Assembly (NCBI GenBank): GCA_049322255.1
Contig: JBMORE010000152.1
Location: 1 to 64,000, forward strand
Direction: 5' to 3'
Source: Myxococcota bacterium
GTDB lineage: Bacteria; Myxococcota; Myxococcia; Myxococcales; Myxococcaceae
DNA length: 64,000 nt
The notes under the pieces are model-generated. The model did not search any database. It was given only the letters and a program-made list of their open reading frames with translations, and was not told where the DNA came from. The translations under genes and the position numbers were made by a program. This document shows, in pieces, positions 19,806 through 27,215 of the stretch (within the stretch, counting starts at the first letter, position 1; the number at the start of each line of letters is the position of its first letter).

Positions 19806-20666
19806 ATGATGGTCACCGTCGGCATTGGCGACATCCACGGGCGGTTCGCTCGGGTCGAAGAGTGGCTGCGTGCGCTGCCCCGGGTCGACCTCGCCTTCGC
19901 CGTGGGCGACGTGGAGGCGTTCCTCACCGCTGACGACCATCGCCGCAAGGCGGTGAAGCGGCAGATGCCCGCCGAGTATGCCGAGTACGCGCAAGGCCGC
20001 CGGGCGCTGCCGCTGCCCATCCACTTCATCGGCGGGAACAACGAGGACTTCGAGACGCTTCACCGGATGCAAGGAGGCGGCGAGCTGCCTGGCGGGTTGC
20101 GTTACCTCGGTCGCGTGGGAGTGACCGAGCTGGGCGGCCTGCGTGTCGCTTTCCTGTCGGGCATTTACGCTCCAAAGCACTTCCAGACGCCGCTCCTTGC
20201 TCCGACGACCGCCGATACCCGCAAGCGCGCGGGCTACTTCCGCGAGAGCGAGCTGACCGCGCTGGAGAATGTCGGCCAGGTGGACCTGATGCTCCTGCAC
20301 GAGTGGCCGCGTGGACTCCTTATGCGCAAGAAGAGCCGCCGCCCGCTGCGTGCCTACCGTTTCCCGTGGATCGGCAACCCGATCGCCAAGGCGCTGGTGG
20401 AGAAGGTGCGTCCCAAGTGGCTCTGGTGCGGCCATTCTCACGTGCCCTACGCGACGACTTTGCGGCACGCCGACGGCGGCGAAACTCACGTCGCCTGTCT
20501 CGATCAAGCCACGCGCCCTGATGCCTCCCTCTTCTGGCTCGAGTGGGACGGGCGAACGCCGGTGCGCGCAGGCTGGGGGATTTCGGGCCAAACGTCTTGG
20601 ACTGCGGGCAAGCCATGGGACGAGCGTCTGACCCCCGAAGAGGCTACGAACGCGGACGAGTGGTAA
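19806..20666 (+). CDS. Calcineurin-like metallophosphoesterase, Dbr1 (RNA lariat debranching enzyme)-like
   Basis: GDIHG, VGDVEA, FIGGNNE, YLGRVG...LRVAFLSGIY, VDLMLLHEWPRG, GNP...RPKWLWCGHSH, VACLD; C-terminal part of ORF 18513..20666. Confidence 0.85.
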   Translation: MMVTVGIGDIHGRFARVEEWLRALPRVDLAFAVGDVEAFLTADDHRRKAVKRQMPAEYAEYAQGRRALPLPIHFIGGNNEDFETLHRMQGGGELPGGLRYLGRVGVTELGGLRVAFLSGIYAPKHFQTPLLAPTTADTRKRAGYFRESELTALENVGQVDLMLLHEWPRGLLMRKKSRRPLRAYRFPWIGNPIAKALVEKVRPKWLWCGHSHVPYATTLRHADGGETHVACLDQATRPDASLFWLEWDGRTPVRAGWGISGQTSWTAGKPWDERLTPEEATNADEW

Positions 20667-20681
20667 CATTCGTCGGGACCC

Positions 20682-21083
20682 ATGGCTGACCTTCCCCCAG
20701 CGAACTTGATCCTTCAGGCTCTGCACGCCATCCGTTTTGAGCTCCGGGGGCTCCGCGAAGGACAGGAACAGACGAACGCCAGGCTGGACGAGACGAATGC
20801 GAGGCTGGACGAGACGAACGCGAGCCTGAACACACGCCTGACCCGGCTGGAGAAGGCGACGACGCGGGGCTTCATCGCCACCAACAGCAAGCTCGCCTCG
20901 CTCGCCCTCCGCGTAGACAACCTCGCGAAGAAGGTTTCCGAGCACGACCGGCGGCTGGACCACCTGCTGACCAAGGGGCTCGGCGCACAAGTGCGAACGC
21001 TGCAAGAGCGTGTCGGTCGTATCGAGGCGCGCCTTATCTCTCCTCGCGCTGTCCGTCGTCATCGCCGCCCGCGCCGCAAGTAG
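20682..21083 (+). CDS. Small coiled-coil protein with heptad repeats
   Basis: QTNARLDETNARLDETNASL encoded by a 21-bp tandem repeat at about 20771-20828. Confidence 0.75.
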   Translation: MADLPPANLILQALHAIRFELRGLREGQEQTNARLDETNARLDETNASLNTRLTRLEKATTRGFIATNSKLASLALRVDNLAKKVSEHDRRLDHLLTKGLGAQVRTLQERVGRIEARLISPRAVRRHRRPRRK

Positions 21084-21182
21084 CGTTTCGGAAAGCAAGG
21101 CGAGTCTCGCTGGCCACGCCCTGTGGCTGCGCGCCCGCACGGAACTCGTCGCCACCTGCGTTTGTTTCTTCTAGAACGAGCG

Positions 21183-21198
21183 CGGCACGTGGCTTGAA
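21183..21198 (+). promoter_or_regulatory. Possible sigma54-type promoter for the macroglobulin operon
   Basis: CGGCACG-TGGC-TTGAA (imperfect -12 element). Confidence 0.35.
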
Positions 21199-21225
21199 CC
21201 GCCGCTCTCGTCCCTGGGGGTCGTC

Positions 21226-24200
21226 GTGAACGTTCATCGTGGGCTCGCTGGCGTTGTCGTGGTTTCACTCCTCGCCGGTTGCGACGGGTGCTCCAAAGAG
21301 AAGGAGATCTCCCGGGTCGACGTCGGTCCCGATAAGGAGCGGCCGCCGCTCGAGCTCGAACCTTTGCCGACGCCGCCCAAGCTGGAGATCGACCCCGAAG
21401 CGCTCCCGGGCGCGGGCGGTGAGCTCGCGGTGGTGGCGGCGCGACCGCAAGGTGAGATGCGTGGCGAGGTACGGCCTACCGTCACCTTCTCCAAGCCGGT
21501 GAAGAGCCTGGAGATGGTCGAGGCGCAGCGCCAGTCGGACAAGGACAGGCCCTTCGCGACCATCGAGCCGGCGCTCGAAGGGGAGTGGCGCTGGCTGGGC
21601 TCGGCCTCGGCGGAATTCGTACCCAAGGGTCTGGTGCCTTACTCCACCGAGTTCAAAGTCACCGTGCAAAAGGGCCTGCGGGCCATCGACGGCAGCGAGC
21701 TCGCCTCCGACTACTCGTTCACCTTCAACACCCCGCGCGTCGCCCTGCAAGACGTGGCGCCGGTACGCCACTACCGGTGGATCACCCCCGACCAGACTTT
21801 CAAGCTCCTCTTCAACCAGCCGGTGAAGGAGTCAGACCTCGCTGCGGCGATCGAGTTCCGGATCCGGGGAGCACCGGCACCCTTCAAGGCCAAGGTGAAG
21901 AAGCGCGTCTCCATTGCCGAGGAGCGCCGCGCCGCCGAAGAAGCCGCACGTGGGGAAGAGCGCCGCTACGACCGCCAGTCCTTCGAGGAGCGCGGCGTCA
22001 AGAACCAGCAAACCCGCTACGAAATCGTGGCCGACAAGCCCTTCCCCAAAGGCAAGAACGTCATCCTGAGCGTTCTCGCCACGCTTCACGGCGAGCAGGG
22101 GCCGCTGACGATGAATAAGGAGGAGGAAGTTCCCTTTCACGTCTATGGGCCGCTGGCGATCCACAACGTGAAGATGTGCACTGGCTCGTACCGATGTCCG
22201 TATGGGCCGCTGGTCATCTACACCACCAACAAAGTCGAGCTCGAGTCGGTGAAGGGGAAGGTGAAGATCGATCCCCCAGTGGAGATCGATTGGGAACGTG
22301 CTTCGAGCTGGGCGCCGCACAGCTACTACGACGACAACGACAGCCCGTACGTGGCGCTGCCCGGAAAGTTCGTGCCGGGGACCCAATACGCCGTGGAGAT
22401 CGCGCCCGGCTTCGTCGACGAGTTCGGTCAGAAGACCACCGAGATGCTCATTCGCAAGGTACGCACCGACGATCTTGCTCCCCGGCTCTCCGTCGGCAGC
22501 AACATCGGCCTGGTCGAGCTCGCCGCGGGGTCGAAGGTGCCGATTGACGTGGTCAACCTCTCTCGCCTGGACGTGCAGCTGTGGCACCTCACCATTCCCG
22601 AGCTCGCCCAGCAGTTGTCGCAGCGCTACTACGACGAGAGGAACAACCTCACCCGACCGCCCGACCTCGCCGAGCAGCAAAAGCTCGCCTATCCGAAGAA
22701 TCAGCCGCGGGTTCATGCCATCGACTTCAGCAGTCTGCTCGCTGGTGAGATGAAGGCCGGCGCGGTGCTCGCCGTGGTCAACTCACCCGACTTGGAGCAC
22801 CCCCCACACTATGGCTACCGCACGGTGGTGCAGGTCACCGACCTCGCAGTGCACATCAAAATTGCCCCCACCCGGTCGCTCGCCTGGGTGACGCGACTCT
22901 CCACCGGAGAGCCCGTGTCCGGTGCGGCAGTAGGTGTCTACGATCAGAGCGGCGCGCCGCTGTTCTCCGGCCAGTCCGACGCCAACGGCTTCGTCGATCT
23001 CCCCGGCGTCGAACAGATGAAGGTGAAGTCTGCCCGCTACCAGTGGGAATACCCCTTCGTCCTCGTCTCCGCGGAGAAAGATGGCGATCAAGCGGTCACC
23101 GCCAACACCTGGGCCTCGGGAGTCGAGCCGTATGAGTTCGGAATCTCCCAGGGGTGGGAAGGAAAGATTCCCCAGTCGGCCGGCTTCATCTTCACCGACC
23201 GCGGCGTCTACCGCCCGGGAGAAAAAGTCTTCATCAAGGGCGTGGCACGCTTCCGCGAGCTGGGCGAGCTCAAGGCCCCCAAGGCAGGCTCCCTCATCAC
23301 CCTCACGGTGAATGACTCGCGTGGCGAGAAGGTGAAGAGCGAGAACGTGAAGGTATCCAAGTACGGAACCTTCCAGACCGAGGTCGCCATTCCGGCGGAG
23401 GCGTCCACCGGGCATTTCGGCATCAGGGCACGAGGCAGCGCTCCCGGTGGAGCGATCGAGTTCGGCGGCGGCTTCCAGGTCGCGGAGTACCGTGCTCCTC
23501 AGTTCAAGGTCGAGGTGGCTTCGGGGAGCAAGAGCCTCGTCGCCGGGGAGACGCTCGAAGGCACGGTCTCTGCCCGCTACCTCTTCGGGGGAGCGATGGC
23601 TGACGCGCGGGTGAAGTGGTCGGTGCACCGCCAATCGAGCTTCTTCCACCCCGAAACCGGCGAGGGTTTCAGCTTCGGTCACGAGACGTGGTGGTGGGAT
23701 GACGGTGCTCCGCAGGACGCCAACGGCTTTTTCTCCTCCGGCGAGGGCGCGGGCAACGCGCAGGGCAACCTGCCGGTGAAGGCGGGCACGGTGGAGGCGC
23801 CAGGGGAGAAGACGTACGAGTACACGCTCGAAGCCGAGGTCACCGACGTGAACCGGCAGACGGTGGCGGGACGCACCACGGTGACGGTACACCCCTCAAG
23901 CTACTACGTCGGAGTGCGCCCGCCGGTGGGTTTCATGCAAGCGGGCAAGGAGTACAAACTAGAAACGCTGGTGGTGGATACCGAAGGCAAGCGCGTCTCG
24001 GGCCGCCCGGTCGCGGTGAGCATCGTCAGCCGCACGTGGAAGTCGGTGAAGCGCAAAGACGCCAGCGGCGGCTTCTCCACCGTCAGCGAGCCGGTGGAAA
24101 CGGAGGTCGCCACCTGCAAGCTGAAGTGCGCGAACGCCCCGGTGCCCTGCCAGTTCAAGCCGGCGAGCGCGGGCTTTTACATCGTGCGTGCGTCGGTCGA

Positions 24201-27200
24201 GGACGAGAAGAAGCGCAAGCACTCCTCATCGATCGGTCTTTACGCCACCGGCCCTGGCTTCATCGCCTGGCAGCGCAATGACACCGAGCGCATCGATCTG
24301 CTCCCGGACAAGACCGTCTACGACGTGGGCGAGGTGGCGAAGGTGCTGGTGAAGTCTCCATACCCGAGCGCCAACGCGCTGCTCACTGTGGAGCGCGAAG
24401 GTGTGCTCGAGCGGCGGCCGGTGAAGCTTTCGGGCTCGGTGGTGACGGTGGAGATTCCCATCACCGAAGAGATGGTGCCCAACGTTTACGCGGGCATTCT
24501 CCTGGTGCGGCCGCGCGTCTCCGAAGGCGGCATCGAGACCGGCGACGACCCGGGGCGGCCTGCGGCGCGAGTGGGCCTGGTGAAGCTCAACGTGGAGCGG
24601 AAGACCAAGCGCCTCGCGGTCAAGCTCTCCACCGCGAAGAAGGAGTACCAGCCGGCGCAGGAAGTGACCGTCGATGTCGCGGTGAAGGACCACTCGGGGA
24701 AGGGCGCTCCTTCCGAGGTGACGCTCTACGTGGTCGACGATGCCGTTCTACGGCTCACCGACTATCAGGTGCCCGACCCGATCGCCGCCGTCTTCCCCGA
24801 GCGCCCGCTCTCGGTGCGCCTGGGTGAGCCGCTCCTCCACCTGGTGCGCCGGCGCAGTTACGGGGAAAAAGGCGAGGAACCAGGCGGTGGCGGTGGTGGC
24901 TCCGAGGGCAAGGGCTTTCGCTCGAACTTCAAGACCACGGTGCTCTTCTCGCCCACCCTGGAGACAGACTCCGAAGGCAGGGCACGCACCACCTTCAAGC
25001 TCCCCGACAACCTCACCACCTTCCGCATTCTCGCGGTCGCGGTCACCCTGGGAGACCGCTTCGGCTCGGCGCAGACTGAAATCAAAGTGAACAAGCCGGT
25101 CCTCGCGCTGCCGGCCCTGCCGCGCTTCGCCCGCGTCGGCGACAAGCTCGAGGCGGGGGTGGTGGTGCACAGCTACGGCAATGCGCCCGCGGGTGAGGCA
25201 ACCATCACCGCGCAGGTCGAGGGCGCCGAGCTCATTGGTCCATCAGAGCAGAAGGCCACCATCGGCCCCGGTGCTCCCCGCGAGGTGCGCTTTCAGTTCA
25301 CCGCTTCGCGCCCAGGCAGCGCCACCTTCCGCTTCCGTGTCACCCGCGGCGCCGACACCGACGGCGTCGAGCAGAAGATTCCCATCGAGTTACCAGTGGG
25401 CCTCGAAGCGGTGGCGACCTACGGCGACACCAAAGACGAGCGGGTGGAGGGCGTGGTGCCGCCCAAGGAAGTGTGGGAGGGCCTGGGTGGCCTCGAGGTG
25501 ACGATGGCCTCGACCTCGATGGGCAACTTCCAGCAAGGCTTCCGCCAGCTCATCGAATACCCGTACGGCTGTCTCGAGCAGCAGTCGTCACGGCTGGTGC
25601 CCTTCGTGGCGCTGAGGGAGATCGCCGGACAATTCGGCGTTCCCTGGCCCGAGCCCAACCGCAAGAAGCAGGAGAGGGAGAACGAGCTCAATGCGTGGCT
25701 GCGCACCTACCTGTTCGACACCTTGGATGTCTCGCACCTGCGCAATCCAGACGAGGTGGTCGCCGCGACGGTGAAGTCGATCCTCGCGCTTCAGCGACCC
25801 GACGGAGCGTTCAGCTACTGGTCATCGTCGTGGTGCCCCAGCTCATGGCAGAGCGCCTACGCGACGATGGCGCTCTACCGCGCGCATGAGGTCGGTTTCA
25901 CCGTGCCCGCCGAGCGCCTTACTCGTGCGGAGTCGTTCTTGAGCAAGGTGGCCGGCGGCCACTGCGCGCCCTGCGAGCTCGACTGCCCCGACGAGACGCG
26001 CACTTTCGCCGTCTATGTGCTGGCGCGCATGAAGAAGCCCAAGCCGAGCTACTACAGCGAGCTCTACGAGCGCCGGAAGGATCTCCCGCTCTTCTCCAAG
26101 GCGTTGCTCGCCGACGCGATGTTCATCGGCGGCGGCGACCGCGAAAAGGCGAAGGCGCTGCTCCAGGACATCCTCAACCACGCCAAGGAGTCGCCCAAGG
26201 GGCTGCACTTCGAAGAAACCCACGGCCAGACTTACGCCACCCTGTGGCACTCCGACACCCGCACCACCGGCGTGGTGCTGCAGACGCTCACCGACGTCGC
26301 ACCTGATCACCCCTTCGTTGGAAAAATCGCCCGCTACCTCACCGGCGTAAGGCAGGGCGACGGTCAGTGGCGCTCGACGCAGGAGGCGGCCTTCTCGCTG
26401 ATGGCGCTCACTGAAGTGTTGCGCACCAAAGAGCGCGACACGCCCAACTTCGAAGCGAAGTTGGCGATGGGTGGCGCTTCGCTGATGAGCGAGTCTTTCA
26501 AGGGCCGTTCGCTGGAAGTGAAATCGAAAAAGCTTTCGATCGACGAGCTCATCGAGCAGGCGGCGGGGAAGGACCAGAGGCTGACCTTCAAGAAGGAAGG
26601 CACCGGCGTCCTCTACTATTCGGCGCTGCTCAAGTACGCTCCCAAAGCGCTGCCGATGACGCCGCTCGATGCGGGCTTGTACGTGCAGCGCTGGTTCGAG
26701 CCGTACGCCGGCGGTGGCCAGACGAGGCGCTTCTACGCGGGTGACCTGGTGCGCGTACGGGTGCGCGTGGGCACCAACCAGGAGCGCCACTGGACGGCGT
26801 TCGAGGTGCCGCTGCCTGCCGGCCTCGAGCCGGTGGACACCTCACTGGCCACCACCGCGCGGCAGACGCAAGAGCCGCAGTACGAGCAAAACGAAGACTA
26901 CGACTACGAGAGCGACGAAGACATGTACGGCGGCTCGGCGTACGAGGAAGAAGAGGGGCGCGCGAGCGTGTGGGCCCATTCATTCTGGAGCCCGTTCAAC
27001 CACGTCGAGCAGCGCGACTCGCGGGTGGTGCTGTTCGCCGACCACTTGCCGCCAGGAGTGCACGTGGCGTCGTTCGTCGCGCGCGCCACCACCCCAGGCA
27101 CGTTTCTGCTCAAGCCGGCGCGAGGCGAGCTGATGTACGAGCCCGAAGTATTCGGCCGCTCCGAGGGCGGAACCTTCGAGGTCGTGCTCCCCGCCGAGGT

Positions 27201-27213
27201 CAGCCAGAAATAA
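21226..27213 (+). CDS. Bacterial alpha-2-macroglobulin family lipoprotein (thioester-containing)
   Basis: Lipobox LLAGC; FTDRGVYRPGE, EYRAPQF, KLPDNLTTFR, thioester YPYGCLEQ, STQE, MYEPEVFGRS; followed by pbpC as in known operons. Confidence 0.97.
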   Translation: MNVHRGLAGVVVVSLLAGCDGCSKEKEISRVDVGPDKERPPLELEPLPTPPKLEIDPEALPGAGGELAVVAARPQGEMRGEVRPTVTFSKPVKSLEMVEAQRQSDKDRPFATIEPALEGEWRWLGSASAEFVPKGLVPYSTEFKVTVQKGLRAIDGSELASDYSFTFNTPRVALQDVAPVRHYRWITPDQTFKLLFNQPVKESDLAAAIEFRIRGAPAPFKAKVKKRVSIAEERRAAEEAARGEERRYDRQSFEERGVKNQQTRYEIVADKPFPKGKNVILSVLATLHGEQGPLTMNKEEEVPFHVYGPLAIHNVKMCTGSYRCPYGPLVIYTTNKVELESVKGKVKIDPPVEIDWERASSWAPHSYYDDNDSPYVALPGKFVPGTQYAVEIAPGFVDEFGQKTTEMLIRKVRTDDLAPRLSVGSNIGLVELAAGSKVPIDVVNLSRLDVQLWHLTIPELAQQLSQRYYDERNNLTRPPDLAEQQKLAYPKNQPRVHAIDFSSLLAGEMKAGAVLAVVNSPDLEHPPHYGYRTVVQVTDLAVHIKIAPTRSLAWVTRLSTGEPVSGAAVGVYDQSGAPLFSGQSDANGFVDLPGVEQMKVKSARYQWEYPFVLVSAEKDGDQAVTANTWASGVEPYEFGISQGWEGKIPQSAGFIFTDRGVYRPGEKVFIKGVARFRELGELKAPKAGSLITLTVNDSRGEKVKSENVKVSKYGTFQTEVAIPAEASTGHFGIRARGSAPGGAIEFGGGFQVAEYRAPQFKVEVASGSKSLVAGETLEGTVSARYLFGGAMADARVKWSVHRQSSFFHPETGEGFSFGHETWWWDDGAPQDANGFFSSGEGAGNAQGNLPVKAGTVEAPGEKTYEYTLEAEVTDVNRQTVAGRTTVTVHPSSYYVGVRPPVGFMQAGKEYKLETLVVDTEGKRVSGRPVAVSIVSRTWKSVKRKDASGGFSTVSEPVETEVATCKLKCANAPVPCQFKPASAGFYIVRASVEDEKKRKHSSSIGLYATGPGFIAWQRNDTERIDLLPDKTVYDVGEVAKVLVKSPYPSANALLTVEREGVLERRPVKLSGSVVTVEIPITEEMVPNVYAGILLVRPRVSEGGIETGDDPGRPAARVGLVKLNVERKTKRLAVKLSTAKKEYQPAQEVTVDVAVKDHSGKGAPSEVTLYVVDDAVLRLTDYQVPDPIAAVFPERPLSVRLGEPLLHLVRRRSYGEKGEEPGGGGGGSEGKGFRSNFKTTVLFSPTLETDSEGRARTTFKLPDNLTTFRILAVAVTLGDRFGSAQTEIKVNKPVLALPALPRFARVGDKLEAGVVVHSYGNAPAGEATITAQVEGAELIGPSEQKATIGPGAPREVRFQFTASRPGSATFRFRVTRGADTDGVEQKIPIELPVGLEAVATYGDTKDERVEGVVPPKEVWEGLGGLEVTMASTSMGNFQQGFRQLIEYPYGCLEQQSSRLVPFVALREIAGQFGVPWPEPNRKKQERENELNAWLRTYLFDTLDVSHLRNPDEVVAATVKSILALQRPDGAFSYWSSSWCPSSWQSAYATMALYRAHEVGFTVPAERLTRAESFLSKVAGGHCAPCELDCPDETRTFAVYVLARMKKPKPSYYSELYERRKDLPLFSKALLADAMFIGGGDREKAKALLQDILNHAKESPKGLHFEETHGQTYATLWHSDTRTTGVVLQTLTDVAPDHPFVGKIARYLTGVRQGDGQWRSTQEAAFSLMALTEVLRTKERDTPNFEAKLAMGGASLMSESFKGRSLEVKSKKLSIDELIEQAAGKDQRLTFKKEGTGVLYYSALLKYAPKALPMTPLDAGLYVQRWFEPYAGGGQTRRFYAGDLVRVRVRVGTNQERHWTAFEVPLPAGLEPVDTSLATTARQTQEPQYEQNEDYDYESDEDMYGGSAYEEEEGRASVWAHSFWSPFNHVEQRDSRVVLFADHLPPGVHVASFVARATTPGTFLLKPARGELMYEPEVFGRSEGGTFEVVLPAEVSQK

Positions 27214-27215
27214 CG

